This document shows positions 51,091-64,000 of a stretch of DNA of 64,000 nucleotides, piece after piece. A program made the position numbers and the translations under genes. The notes below the pieces were generated by a model. That model searched no databases. It worked only from the letters and a program-made list of their open reading frames with translations, and was not told where the DNA came from. Position 1 is the stretch's first letter; every line of letters starts with the position of its first letter. Source of the stretch: Lama guanicoe (Eukaryota); assembly GCA_013239625.1 (NCBI GenBank), contig MU053934.1, forward strand, positions 341,241 to 405,240. The letters run 5' to 3'.

Positions 51091-53834
51091 GAACTACCTT
51101 CCTCCTGTTCAATAAATAAAACACAGAAATGTTTCACATCCATTACCTCTTCTGCTATTCAAAACAGGGCTCTGTGAGAGGTTGGGGAACAAGCCAAAAC
51201 TCCAAGAAGCACAGTGACTTTTCTGGGTCACCAGTTCCTAGATGGAAAGGGCAGAACCAGAACCCACTTCTGTTTCTTTGCTTTATTCAAATCCTAGGTG
51301 CCTCCATTTAGAATCTGGAATCTGTTTCTATAACAAGTTTAAGCCTGAATAAGCAATAAGACAATTAGAGGCAGATACTTTTCACAAAGATGCTTGTTTT
51401 ATCCTCTACGTTCTTGAGGGGCACACGTTAAAAAAAACATCAAAACCAGCTGCTTGATATGCAAAGTAAGGGAAATCACCCAGCTTCTTCCTGCCAACGG
51501 AGCTGCAGTGAGACAGTAAGCAGATCATCCTAGCAAACAAGTATTCCATTTTCACAAGCTGGTCTACCCTCCTGCCCAGGAGGTAAGCACTTCGTTGCTA
51601 AGTAAATATATATATATATATTTCCCCCTCCGCTCACTTAAAGTTCCATTTCCTTGAAGAAGAACTAAACTTCCCAGTTTATCTGCAACTGGGACTGCAT
51701 TTCCCCAATTTTTCCTCATATAGTCTTCCATCTGGGGACCTAGACACATATTGTGCTGTTTCCTACTAGGGCAACCTTTGCTCTCATATATTTTGTGTTT
51801 TTTCTCGTCCACCTTTTTTCTTCATGATAGAGGTTGCAGAATGAGATGTCCAAGAAAAATATGTAAAGAGAAAACAAAACCACAATTACGTTTATTTCTA
51901 CCACCCCAAACACAACACATAAAAATTATATTTTTCATGTATTTTTTGCTAGTCTTTCAACTCCTGTATTTTGCCCATTAAGCGTGTATATGTATGCACG
52001 TCACACATGTATTTATATAGTGGAATGACATTATGCATACGTTTTTGAATTCTGTTGTCACTTATTTTATATCATAAAATATTACATTTCCACGTTATAA
52101 CACTTTTTAAAGCCAACAAAGAACATGGTTTACTATAAGAAGATGTTCCAGTATTTAGACTTGCTGTTTGTAAGCATTATTCAAGTTTTTATAATTATAA
52201 GCAGTATTTCATAAAAGATTTTTCTGTAGTTAGGAATATCCTTTCAGAATCCCTAAAATAGCCATGTAGGGTAAAGGTCTTCGGGAAATATTATGAACTT
52301 TCTTGCTAAAAGGTTATATAGCAAGTTTTAGTGCCAGCATCAGCATATGAGAGTGCCCAGAGCATTTTTTGTTTTTTTTTTACTATCTTTTAAAATACAG
52401 CATGCCCACTGTCATTAGGTGCACTACAGAAGCAAAACTGATTTGATGTAACAAAGCAAACCTTAAATGAAATTTTACTAAAAATCATGTCTGGAAAAAT
52501 AAATCTAATTACTGTAATTAACAGTGAAAGCCAAAAGAAGCATCCTGCAGCCCTGTTATTATATTATTAACATTAGGAAGGTACTTCATTTGTCAAAGCA
52601 TTTTATAATCATGTATTAGTTAATCCTTGTAATGTGCTTTGGAAGCAATGAAGCTATTTATAGCCAGGCTTTCTCAGCTGAATGCCTTTCAGAAGTCCTT
52701 TTGTCTTGATATCTCAAATCATTATCACTAGCATATCAATTTATAATCATTCTCATTTGTAGAATTTCAAGGATGGGAGGGACTTAGTTGGCCATTTGGT
52801 CCAAGGAGATCAAGGAGTCACTGATGTGGGGTGCAGAATTTTCAAGCCACATACTGAGAATTTGCTTTCTTCTCAAATCCGCACACTGCCATGAAAGAAT
52901 GGAATGCCATCAGCAGCCGATAATAAAACTACTGCTATTTTTAAACTTAACATCTTTGTGCTGCAGTTACCGTAGGAGTAAAAGTTTGTACTCAGTAGGA
53001 TTCTTACGATTTCAACAGCTATTGAAATTGTTAGGCTTGTATTTAAGTACTATTGCAACTGCAATCGTATTTACATCCCACACCACCACCAAAAGTTTTT
53101 ATGACCTGAAAATTTGCCGTAATTGAGAAATAGCATAAGTGACTGTCTATACAATTCTCTAAAGGATGGGCTTTTTTTTTTTTTCAATCAGGGAGGGACC
53201 TGAGTTCTTTACCGGAGACAAAGAATAAATACATGAAGGCTGAAAACCATTCATCTAATTCAATACTTAGCCTATGTCATACCTGGTTTCAAGAGGCAGG
53301 TGACTGCTACAGAATGTCAAAAGTTGCACAGAAGCCAGGGTGGTGGGAAAGGGCCCCTTTTGACTCGGCACCTCCATTTCCTTCTCAGATGTACACCTGA
53401 GATTCCAGTGTCGACTGGACAGAGCTCCCAGGAGGACCCGAGAGCCCCTGGCAGTAACTGAGCACGTAATGTATTCACTGGTTGCTCACCTCTCTCAACT
53501 CCCTCGCCAGCTCCCGGAGGGCCGTGAATCAGATGTTTTGCTAACCTGCCAGCTGACTGCAGGAACATCAGGGGAGCAGCAAGAACCGTCCAGGTGAGTT
53601 CAGTACAAACACCGAGCTAATGAATAAATGTTGTTTTCACCCACGTGAGTTACACCGTGAACTGATGCCCAGCAAAAGCTAACCAATACGAACTACAGCC
53701 TTAGGAGTAAAATGACCTGCTGAAAATCACTGAGGTATATAGTGGCACGCAAGTGAGATCGAACTAAGTCTGGGCTAGTAGGCAACTGGTTGAATAAATA
53801 TGTCATCAGGTTATTAAAATGCGGTCTCCTCGAT

Positions 53835-54425
53835 TCACTTATTAAACAAGTAAAACATTGACTGAGCATATCATACATGTTAAGTACTCTGCTAAGATAC
53901 GGAGAATATGGGAACAATAAGGCATGGCTCCTGTCCCCAGCAGCCCCAGATTCTTCTACAGAAGACATAACATGAATAGATACATAAAATACAATGTAAT
54001 AAATACAATGACAGAAAGATACACAGGGTATTACTGGCTGGTGGAGGGGGACCCCCAAACCAGACTGACAGGTACAGGTGGGTTTCCTGTTGGAAATGAT
54101 GCCCACGCAAAGGCTTAAAGGATAAAAGGGGTTTGCCAGGTTCGGGTCGGGGAGAAGGTGCGAGGGGAGAAAGGGGCAGAGAGAGGAGCGCGATGAAAAC
54201 CAGGCAGGGCACACCCCCGAGAGGGTGGCGAGCTACCAGCAGAGCAGTGCTGCTGGAGCCCGAAGAAACAGCGAGGAGGAGGGAGAAAACACTGCTGAGA
54301 AATGACATCAGGTTCTGGACGGTCGATGCGCCACAGTAAAGAGATTCAGTTCTCTCCCCTTGACAAGCAGTGGCCAGTGAAAGGTTTTAGGAAATCAGAC
54401 TTGCCTGTCTGAAATATCATTCCAG
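53835..54425 (-). mobile_element. LINE L2 3' fragment
   Basis: attcacttattaaacaagtaaaacattgactgagcat...aaggcatggctcctgtcc...ggccagtgaaaggttttagg. Confidence 0.6.
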
Positions 54426-54974
54426 CGTGAGAGAGGATGGGCAGGGGAGGCAAAGGACAAGTCCAGGTGAGAGTACACGCAGACCTGAAGTATGCCAGTC
54501 ACGGTGGGGGCCAAGAGAAGGGGTGGAACTGAAAGTTACCCAGGAGGGAGAGCCTCGAGGCAGTGGTAACAGATGGGCTGGCTGGGGGACTGAGAGAGGT
54601 GGACACCAGGCCAACCCCGGTTTCTCACAGGGTAGAAAGGTCTCGGGCGTCTACCATCCCTCCCATCTCTGTTTATGCTGTTGACAGCAGATTTGGGTAG
54701 AAAACTTTACACTGATCTCCGTTCAGTTAAACTCTGAGAGCTCTTCATGATTGTTCCTACTGCTAAGAGCCTTCTGGGTCCTGCCGTGTCCTCTGACACA
54801 TTTCCATTCTGTTGGCTGCGGCTAGGGAAGAGCTTCACCCACACCCTTGGTAAGAATGTGAGAACAGAGCCGAGGACCCTGGCGGGAGCTGCAGACTCAA
54901 TTCTAGACACACCCTGAATGTCTAGGTACCAATCAAAACAGTGAGGGGACAGGAGAAAAGTCCCCAGAAAAAGT

Positions 54975-55670
54975 AGAAGCAAATGGTAGGGGTTTAACTT
55001 GGAGAAACGACGACTCGGGAGAAGACGGTCACTTTCAGGCGGCAGAGGGAACTATCCTTTGTGTGACTGTCTCCATGATGACGCACCAGAGCCAACGGAC
55101 ATCATCACGTGATCTGCAGTTTGGAAAATTTCAGTTTGATATAAGGTAAGGCTTTCTAACGGTCAGAAGTGTCGGGAGATGGGGTGGATACCTTGGAATA
55201 GAGTCAGCATCCTACATTAGCTTGCTAGGGCTGCCGTAAAAAATGCCACAGACTGGGTGCCTTAAACAATTGGAATTTATTTTCTCTAGTTTTGAAGGCT
55301 GTAAGTCCAAAACCAGGCTGTCAGCAGGGTCAGTTTCTTATAAGATTTTTCTCCTTGGCTTGCAGATGGCTGTCCCTCTGTCCTAATCTCCTCTTCTTAC
55401 AAAAACCCTAATCATACCGGATGAGGGTCCACCTGTAAGACCTCATATTAACTTAATTATCTCTTTAAAGGCCCTATTTCCAACTACAGTCACATTCAAA
55501 GGTACTGATACATTTTAGAAGGCCACCATTCAGTCCGTAACACAACCTGTCAACAGGGATGGGTAAACAGAGGTCTGGTGACTGTCAGGCAGGGTAAACC
55601 AATGAAGAAATTGAAGTAGCAAATCTGGAATGTCCTTGAAGGTCCCTTCAGGTCGAAGAGCTATAATTTT
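54975..55670 (+). mobile_element. L3/CR1 fragment interrupted by an MLT1B-like LTR
   Basis: tttaacttggagaaacgacgactcggg...aaatttcagtttgatataaggtaaggctttctaacggtcag...[LTR]...aaacagaggtctggtgac...ccttgaaggtcccttc. Confidence 0.6.
55213..55542 (-). mobile_element. MaLR solo LTR, MLT1B-like; probable 5-bp TSD catcc/caacc
   Basis: tacattagcttgctagggctgccgtaaaaaatgccacagactgggtgccttaaacaa...ctccttggcttgcagatggc...cctaatctcctcttcttac...attcagtccgtaaca. Confidence 0.85.
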
Positions 55671-55872
55671 AAACATTGCGAGATGGCACCTAATCGCTGC
55701 TGTTAAACATTATTAACACAATAATCTCCCCAGGGCTTCAGACAAAAATTACATCTCCACAGCAGCTTACATGATTGATGAGAAACGGTGCTTTTATCTA
55801 ACCCTTCTTGGAGGAAAGGCGCAGGCCGGCAGCCACGCACGTGAGCCCGCAGAGGACAACGGTCACGCTTAC

Positions 55873-55955
55873 CTGTGAAACAGGACAGACTTCACCAAGG
55901 TGACGACATCCCGGCTGGCGTTGTATCCGGCACAGACGATGGCCACGTGGATTGT
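55873..55955 (-). CDS. LARGE1: LARGE1 internal coding exon (83 bp, phase 0 to 2): [27 protein letters not shown](R)
   Basis: Minus strand ...CTTTCTCTGCTTCCCAG|ACA ATC CAC... acceptor and ...TTT CAC AG|GTAAGC donor. Peptide visible in ORF 55869-56063; includes an N-A-S sequon. Confidence 0.97.
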
Positions 55956-58047
55956 CTGGGAAGCAGAGAAAGCAGGCGAACGGTTAGACAGAGGAAGAGG
56001 ACCCTCCTGGTGCCGCTGGCTGCACGGAAGAGAAAAAGCGCCCTTATCTCTTGCTGGGATCACTGGGAAACACTGTGCACCGTCTGCTGCGGTGAAGGAT
56101 GACTCGAGACAGTTTTATTAAGGCCTTTTTAATCGGTTTATGGAGCCATCATCATTTGGAAACCATTAAGGCGCTTCTCAGTTCCATTTTGGGGACGAGG
56201 GAAATGACAATTGGCTCAAACAGGCAAACAGTGAGCCCCATGCTCCCCCCTCACCCGGAGACAATGACAATCGGTGACAAGAGAGAAGAAAGAAATACGC
56301 CCTGAAAGGATGAACTGACAAATGAGGACCTCAGACTGAGAAGTCGTGGCTCAGGGAGTGTGGGAAGTGTTCTTACAAGACGTCCCAGGTCAGGGGTAAC
56401 CTGACAACAGGGCAAAGGAACCAGTGACCAGCTCTGGGCCCCGGCCGGACACTGTGCACAGAACCGAAGACGGCAGAATCAGTGCGATGTGAAGGGGTCA
56501 TCTCCTCCGAGCAGCCAGGAATGTGGGTCCCGGACAGGAGTCTGTCCCTTAGCTCAGGAAAGATGTAGCATCAGGTTGACTCACTGCATCATGAGGGTCA
56601 CGATATGTGCCCTGCAGGGTGTCACAGTAAGTGAGGGAACTATGCCAAGAGCAGAACATGGCAGACACAGTGCAATCACAGCCAAAATGTCCTCTAGAGT
56701 GGAGTTTCCCAAACAGGGTGACGTGGTGCGTCAGTGTGCCATGATGAGTTGCGGGCAATGAAGATACTCATCTCTTCAAGTGAGATCTCCGGGCGACCAG
56801 GCAGGGGTACCCCTCCCCCAGGCCTGGCTGCCCTCCACTGTCCCTTTTTCCTCTCCCTCCTTATGCCATCCAGTTATCCTCTGTGGGAGCCAGCGGGGGA
56901 GCCCGACAGAGACTGGAAAGTACATCGCTCAGGCACCCCTACAGGAGGTCGCCCAGCCTCTCTCAGGACAGCCCGAAGAACAGAGGGCTTTGCCTCTCCG
57001 CTTTGTCCCTCTGACCAAATCACAGCCTTCCCTGAACTGAAACCTGCCTCCTAACACCCGCTCCAGCCCTGCTGTGTCCTGGGAGTGTTGGAGAACATGG
57101 AGTGGCCCCCAGGCACCCAGTACTGAAATGCGCGGGAAGAGTCTCCATTTTCAGAACGACTCACGGTCAGTCCTTCCTCCCGCGGCACAGCTTCCAGATC
57201 CCCTGTTACCTCCTCAGCCCCTTCCAACTGCAGTGCCATTCTGACATCTTGGTTGGTCCCATCACAGGCTTCCAGGACGCGACCTCTGGTTCCCAGGTCT
57301 ACTTCACCGCCCGCCTCCTGACATCACCAAGGGAAATTCCACTATCCTGAGGATGAACCAGCCGAGAGTCTGGAGTGAATGCACTTCCAAGCCCTCTCCA
57401 ACTCCAAGGACCTTCCCTGCGCCCTGGCCTCCCAGAAGATGACCCTCAGCTTCCTCTCGTGCCTCTCTCGAGAAATCCTGAAATCACGGGCTCACCCACA
57501 GCTGCAGGATTTTCAGATCCTCTCACCCCGGTACCTGCCCCTCCTCTTCATGGACAACCCATTTTGCCCTGTGTAACAGGCCCCACCTGGCCGCTGCTGA
57601 CCTGACCCATCTCCCCTCCTCTTGGCTCCCTGACATGTTCAGCCCCCACACTCAGTACACAAACCCCCACCCCTGGACCACGCTTACACCCGGGGACCAA
57701 GAAGGAAGATGAGAGAGAGGAATGCAAAGCGCACTAAGAGCTAATATTTATTGAGCAAATTATTCCATTCCAGGTCCTGCGCTTGTCACCACTGTATACA
57801 GATAAGCAGACGCAAGTCTCGGAGTTGTACGAGGCAAGTATAGCGTTACTGTCCCCAGTGTCACAGATCGGGAAACAGGCTGAGAGAGATGGCATTTGAA
57901 TTCTGCAAAAGAGATTCTTATCCCTGCTGCTGGTACACCAAAAACACCCAGAAGATTTTAAAATATACCCTTGTGCCCCAGTCCCATCTCAGACCGATTA
58001 ACTCACAATGTCCAATACCCAAGACCCTAAAGTCCTCGGCAGGAAGG

Positions 58048-58269
58048 CAGTGGTTCTCAACCAGGGTAATTTACTCCCCCCGCGTCCCCTGGAACATCTG
58101 GCTATGTCTGAAGTCATCTTCGGTGGTCACTCCTGGGGGTGTGCAGGGCTCCTGGCATCTGGAGTAGAGGACAGGGGTACTGCTCAACACCCTACCATGC
58201 ACGGGACAGCACCAACAGCAAAGAGTTATTCTGCCCTAGAGGCTGAGAGCGCTGCCTGAGGGCACCCTG
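58048..58269 (+). mobile_element. MER20 (hAT-Charlie), near full length
   Basis: cagtggttctcaaccaggg...ctcctggcatctggagtagaggacaggggtactgctcaacaccctaccatgcacgggacagc...caccctg. Confidence 0.85.
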
Positions 58270-59539
58270 TCTTAAGGATGGGGAGGGCAGGTGGGGCGAA
58301 GCACAGGTCCCCCGGGGCGCCAAAGATACCTTTCTCAATCTCATTCCTGCGCATCTTAACCTCTCCACCTGTAAAATGAAGACGGCAGGGCTGATCGCCG
58401 GGATTGTCTCCAAAGGACTCAGGATGAATGCATATAATGTAGACGCAACTGTCACCATTTAAATCATGAAGGAAATGACGAAGAAGACGCCTGTGCGTGG
58501 GAGACACAAGCAGGGAGGGGGCGGAAACGGGTAAAAGCAGGCTGAATCAGGCTCCTCGGAATCATAAATGTTTAAATGCGCGGCCTCCGAGATATCAAAC
58601 TTTGTCTTGGCTCCAGGACTCAGGGACTTTTTTTAAATGGGCCCATTAAATGTAAGCACGAGCGTGCACCTTCTCAAACATTTTACATAATTTTCCAATC
58701 TCTTTGGTTTCATCTCATACACCTGCCACCGTGAATAAATTCATCACCTGGGGCTGCAGCAGCCAGGCCCTGATACCCGGGAAAGCAGAGAACTGGAGTG
58801 TCATGAACGTACTCCTGGAAGAGCTCTGGGTGGCCCGAAATGTTGTGGGAGCAGAAGTGAGGGACAGGAGAGGCAGGGCTTGCGGTGGGAGTGGGGACAG
58901 TCCGGGAACAGGGATGAATGTTCCTTGAAAGAGCAAGGTCACTGGTATGGCCTCACCGTGGTAACTTTCAGTTTTGAAGCTATGAAGTCTAGGATGCAAG
59001 TTTTGTCCTTGAAGGATTCCCAAAGACAACATCTGAGGCTAATGAAATGTGAACCCAGATGCTGTGACAGTATCTTCCAACAGCAATGGGATGTATGAAA
59101 AGATGGCAGGCAAGCCTGTCCACGGTGGAGGGATTATGTAAAGACCTGGAAGATGGAGCAAAAGCCAAGAAATAAATCAAATTGACCGAAATTCTGTGGA
59201 GCTTCTTAGGGCCCCAGAAAATGCAGGTAAAATGTGTCAAGCTTTATAAACACGAAGCCTAAAGGAAAATGGTAAACTCCTCCTGAGCTGATAAATGCAG
59301 CCACAAGCTGGAAGGCAATTTAAAACCACCCAACTTCTTTTTACAGAACAGACAGGTGCTTGCCGAGACCCACAGAGAAGGAATTACCCTCACAGGGCTG
59401 TGACAGCCCCCAAGGTGAAAGATGACCATCATGTCAAGGCTGTCACCCGGAAGCCTGCTGGGGTGAGGCACCTGCCAGGCACAGAATAAGGACCCGGGCT
59501 CTGAGCCGATGGGTCCCAGGGGCTCGAATACACAGTGTC

Positions 59540-59770
59540 CAGCACAGTGGTTCAAAGCCCGGGTTCTGGGAGGCAGCTGGCCGGGGTTAAGTGGGAGCTC
59601 CACCTCTTCCTGGCAGTGTGCCTCGGCAGTAATTCTTTACCTTTTCTCAGCAGTAACTGTCTAGCCTGTACAGTGATGAACGTATGACACACCGATTAAA
59701 TCCTTCATGTAAGTCTTAGCATGGTATTGCCACGCTTTCAGGGCTCGGGACACGTAACTTTTATTACTAT
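59540..59770 (+). mobile_element. MIR SINE
   Basis: gcacagtggttcaaagcccgggttctgg...gctccacctcttcctggcagtgtgcctcggcag. Confidence 0.6.
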
Positions 59771-59884
59771 TCTATTTTGAATGAAGTTCAAAGCATGGGC
59801 TACAGGGAAAGAGACACTTGGCTCAAGGTGGGGTCTGACATCAGAGAGTACCACTCACCTGACTTTCCATGTTAATATGTAATA

Positions 59885-60417
59885 TAATCCTTTGACATTC
59901 CTCCCACTGAGACAGGTGTTGGGGGGGTCTTCCCCCTTCAAAGTGGGTGGGCTTTGGGGGTCCTCTCAACTAACAGACTATGCTATTCGCACAAGTGCCA
60001 CTAGGTGATGCCTGAGGCCAGGGCATTAACAGTGCTTCCGTCCTGCCTTGCTCACGGAAATCCTTGCACTGAAAGCCTTCAGCTGCCATGGAAGCAGCTG
60101 GCTGCCCAGGAGCCGCCATGCTGTGAGGAAGCCCAAAGGAGCCACGGAGACACCACACGGAGAGACCCTGCGTCCACCACAGCGGGGAGCGATGCTGGCC
60201 AGGGCCCGCCGCTCCAGCCCTCGTCATTCCAGCCCTCGTCATTCCAGCTCCGGCCACCAGCCGACTGCATGAGGCCCCCAGACCAGAACCACTCAGCTAA
60301 GTTCTTCTCGAATCTCTGACCCACAGAAACCAGAAGAGCTAATGAGATAACTGGCGTGGTTTTAAGCCATTCGTTACGGTTCCGGTGATACGTCAGGTGG
60401 CAGTAGGGGACTGGAAT
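59885..60417 (+). mobile_element. MaLR solo LTR, MLT1G/H-like, with an internal 15-bp tandem duplication (60213-60248)
   Basis: ctttgacattcctcccactgaga...gccgccatgctgtgaggaagccca...aatctctgacccacagaaacc...gttttaagcca...ggactggaata. Confidence 0.75.
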
Positions 60418-60429
60418 ACCCGCAATAAA

Positions 60430-60635
60430 CACACGTGATGCTCACACAGAGTTAGTTTCCCGCTTGCTACCTCATTTCATCCTCAGAATGGCCCTGGGAG
60501 GAACACATTATTATTCTCGTTTTATAATAATGAAGTCGACGCCAAGACGGTAACTGAACTGCCCCAGGTCACATGGCTACTGAGTGCCAGAGTCAAGGTT
60601 CCTGTTAGGAATTCTGACTCCAGCTCCAGTGATTT
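60430..60635 (-). mobile_element. MIR SINE
   Basis: ctcatttcatcctcagaatggccctgggagg...attattattctcgtttta...ccccaggtcacatggctac. Confidence 0.65.
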
Positions 60636-61774
60636 TTGCACCCTCGCTGACACCCAGAATAGATCTGAACCAGAAAGGCAAGAAAAATACACCTATCCGC
60701 ACACACACAGGCAGAAGCGGAGATCAAAGAGGGTCATCCTGCTTCAAGACCCGAGGTGCACAGAAACCTGTCCCTCACGGAAGCTGCATCGCCCTGACAA
60801 CAGAACTATGCAAGAATAAAATGGGCAGTGGTGTGAAGGCCTCATAATTAAGAAAAGATAAGAGAGCCCCAGGACTGGCCAGACTGTTATTTCTCTCAAC
60901 ACATATCTCAGCTGACAGCCGGGGCATCATTATAGAAAAGCTTTCAGAAATACTTGTCATGCCCCAGAGACGTTTCAGTGCGACAAGAGATGGTGGCAAG
61001 GTCCACGGGGACGATGCCCTGCACCCTGACAGGGTGTCAGGGCTAGCTTTGGCACTGGTAACCACCAGTGCGGTGGTGAAGGGAGGCTTCTATTTTGACT
61101 CCACTGACTGACATTTCTCGTTTGCCTCTATGGCATTTCGCTAACATCTTTAAAGATGCCCAGTGATGGAAATGGGAGAGGCATCCTGCCAATGGGTATG
61201 AAGCCAGCAACTCTGGGTAGATGTGCACACTGAAACAAGACGCCGGCAAGTCAGGACTTTGTAACTCATCTCTGGAACCTCTGAAGGGGACCCAGGGTTC
61301 ATCACAGATGAATTCTACCAAAAAAAAAGAAAAACCAAACCCAACTTATTAAGGGGCTAAGAAGTAAATTATCAAGACATGTAAAAGAAGAAAAGCAAAT
61401 GAACAAAATCTACTCTTCATGTGCAAAAGTCTGACAAATAAATTACAGTAACAACAAACAACTAAGACGCAAAAGGCTAAAACAGTAAGTTACAGTAACA
61501 GTTAATGTGCTCAAGGTCTGAATTTCTGTATTTCTACTGTATCCCTCAAAGATCACAGGGATAAAGTGACCCCTATCATTTATTTTGGCTGTGCCTTAAA
61601 GCAGTGGTTTCTAGTTTCCACTATCAGAATCATTTGGATATATATTTTTAATACGTATATTTTGGGTCCTATTTTCAGAGATTCTCAATCAGTAGATTCT
61701 CATGAATTTGCATGTTTGGTATGCAATTCTGATCTACAACCGCGTTCAGTAACTATTCATTTGACAGAATGTTC

Positions 61775-62225
61775 ACTGTAACCGTAATTTCTGTTCCCTC
61801 TAGTAGCAAAATGTTAACCGAGAACATGTTTCATTTGAATAGAATCTACCTTTTCCAGGCTCCCTTGCAGCTAGGTGGCAGCTAAGGGTACCAGCTAAAT
61901 GAGGTTTTGCCAACGTGTTGTAAAAGGAACGGATTGTGAAATTTCTAAGACGTGTTCTTAACGAAATCTGATATGCATCCCCTTACTTAATGCTGCTCCT
62001 TTCCTGCTAGCTGGAATATGAATGACAGGGCTGAAGCTCTGACAGTCATTAAAACCATGAGATGACCTTGAACATGTCAGTCAAGCAAGCTGGGTGAAAG
62101 ATAAAGGGAGCCTGCATCCCAGACATTAACACCCCTACACCAAGAGCCTCCAGACATCTTAAATGTAAAGAGAAATAAGATGCAAAGCCATTTTTACTTT
62201 AGATTGTCTGATAAATCACAGTGAA
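61775..62225 (+). mobile_element. Old MaLR solo LTR, MLT1J-like
   Basis: ttttccaggctcccttgcagctaggtggc...ttcctgctagctggaatatgaatg...ccatgagatgaccttg...agagaaataa. Confidence 0.65.
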
Positions 62226-63624
62226 ATCTAATGCTAATACAACTAACTATGTTAGTGTGGGCCCTAAGTTCTAACAGCCAATGTCGCCACTGAAATAGTT
62301 TGAGGCAGGAACTTGATTTTAATCTGTCACTTTTACAAAGAAATCGACCCACAGAAAAGGGATGTAACTTGCTCAATGCCACATGGCCGTCAAGGCAGGC
62401 AGGGAGCCAGGATTAGGCTCCTGTCTCCCACTTTGACAGCCAGTGGTCTTTTGCCCACACTGTTTCATGAGGCGTTCAGGGCAGAAGCCCTCTTCAGAAA
62501 GCTGAGCAGGGGAAGGAAGGCACTGGCCAGACAGACCACAGCAGGAAGAGAAATCCTGTTTTCTCCCTCCGTTACACTTCTGTCCTCCCATTTTTTTCCT
62601 TTTCCTTTTCTTTTTCTATTTTTCACCTCCTTGATCTTAGCTGTTTAAATAGGCCTGATCATAATAACGTAAACACATCCGAGGAAAAGAATTCCTCTGT
62701 CTGGGCCCGCCTACACCCTAAATTCTAACTGATGCCCTGACTATAACCCAGGAGCAGAGAGTCTGTAAGAAATCAAACAAGCCTTCACCCGGGGGAGGAA
62801 AGAAGTTTCCCCAATTCGGGCCCTCCTCGGACCAGCCTGGATCAAAGGAATTCGCTAAAGTTACTAAGTCCTCATTTGCAAAGATATAAAACAGAGATCT
62901 TTGATAAAACTAGCAATGGTTGTGAAAAAGCACCTGAGATTGGGCCTCGCATGGAGTCAGGGCAGAATGAGGGTGCAGCATTTAACATCTCCTGAGTTTC
63001 TCGGTTTATCATCTCCTCCTCCCTTCCTGCCTCAGAACGTAAGAACCAGAAGAAAGGGAGTGTTGTCTCTTTTTTCATCATTCCTATTTCCCAGCACAGA
63101 GACCCATAACAGAGGCTCAAAACGTATTTGCTGGATGAATGATGATAACACGGCCGCCACTTCCCTGCCCACGTCCTCTGTGCTCACCTGACCGACCAAC
63201 TCAACCATGTTCTGAGCGCCTTCCCGCCCGACCACGCCTGCTTTCCATTTCTCCTGCTCCCAGGAACATTCCTCATCAAATGTCTCCCATCTGCCCTTCT
63301 GCCTCTCCCCCAACCCACACGTCAACCAGGCTTGAAAGTCTAGAGGAAACCCCACTGTCCTCAGGGGCTCTCCCTGACCGTTCCAGTCTCAAAGCTCTGC
63401 CCTGACCGCTAACCTTCCATAGAACTGAGTGGACACCATTCCACGAGCCCGGTATTCCCTTATGACATTACTCAGTATCACCCACGTCACTAAAAACCCC
63501 ATTCACGTGAACAGTGCATTACAGTTTACAAACTGTTTTCTCTTCAGGGAGTCGGAAGTCTGACACTCTGAAAACACAGCCAGGAAATGGAATATACAAA
63601 CAGCAGGTAATCTCTGTATCTAAC

Positions 63625-63870
63625 TAAAAATAGCAAAAAATTCACCCATAATTGAACATGTGCACCACACCAGACACTATTTGTGGCTTTATTCCGCCAT
63701 CCCTTTTACTTCTCTGAAATACTCCATGAAGCAGGTGTTATTTTTCTGAAACTTATCGATGGCATCTGAAGTGCAGAGAGGCAAGGCAACGTGTACTCAC
63801 GGCAGAAACCACCAGAGCTGGGCTATGAACTCAGGCTTGTCTGTGTCACAAGGCCTTGCCCTTAACAGGG
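63625..63870 (-). mobile_element. MIR SINE
   Basis: ccagacactatt...ccatgaagcaggtgttatt...ctgaagtgcagagagg...ccagagctgggctatgaactcagg. Confidence 0.6.
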
Positions 63871-64000
63871 GTGCTCTAATTCTTCTCCACTGGGACTGGA
63901 AGAAGCAAAACGTGTGTGTGTCTGTGTGTGTATGTTCAGCGCACACATAAGCATGGATGGATGAATAAGGGGATGTCAGGGGTGGAAGGAGTGGGTAAGT

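Noticed and set aside
60213..60248. 15-bp tandem repeat tccagccctcgtcat x2.4 (similar micro-duplications at 1933-1954 and ~5838-5856)
   Set aside because: Ordinary slippage duplications within decayed repeats; no array or spacer structure.
63624..63633. Perfect MEF2 site CTAAAAATAG (also TTATTTTTAG at 1145-1154)
   Set aside because: Isolated AT-rich 10-mers at repeat edges with no supporting motif cluster; expected by chance.

Overview
Mammalian (most likely camelid: alpaca/vicuna/camel) genomic DNA lying entirely inside the LARGE1 gene (xylosyl-/glucuronyltransferase that builds matriglycan on alpha-dystroglycan), transcribed on the minus strand. Three consecutive internal coding exons are present (55955-55873, 83 bp; 41655-41532, 124 bp; 9754-9583, 172 bp). 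All have canonical AG/GT boundaries, splice in frame and encode the first part of the GT8 xylosyltransferase domain including the DTD (DxD) motif. The other ~99% is intron rich in old interspersed repeats (MIR, L2, L3/CR1, L1M, MaLR MLT1 LTRs, hAT MER5/MER20/MER33) plus a few lineage-specific ones (a camelid-type tRNA-derived SINE with a perfect 13-bp TSD, artiodactyl-type L1 3' ends). Repeats were recognised by eye, so subfamily names and boundaries are approximate. I see no evidence of a novel multi-gene system. The most unusual items are (i) a tail-less internal L1 ORF2 fragment with a 15-16-bp TSD inside a MIR, (ii) an unexplained ~84-bp diverged direct repeat whose two copies both keep a consensus splice donor antisense to LARGE1, (iii) an L1 3' end with an all-AT-to-GC substitution pattern suggestive of GC-biased gene conversion, and (iv) a weak-donor frameshifting exon with G-runs, a hairpin and inverted L1MB-type copies on either side.
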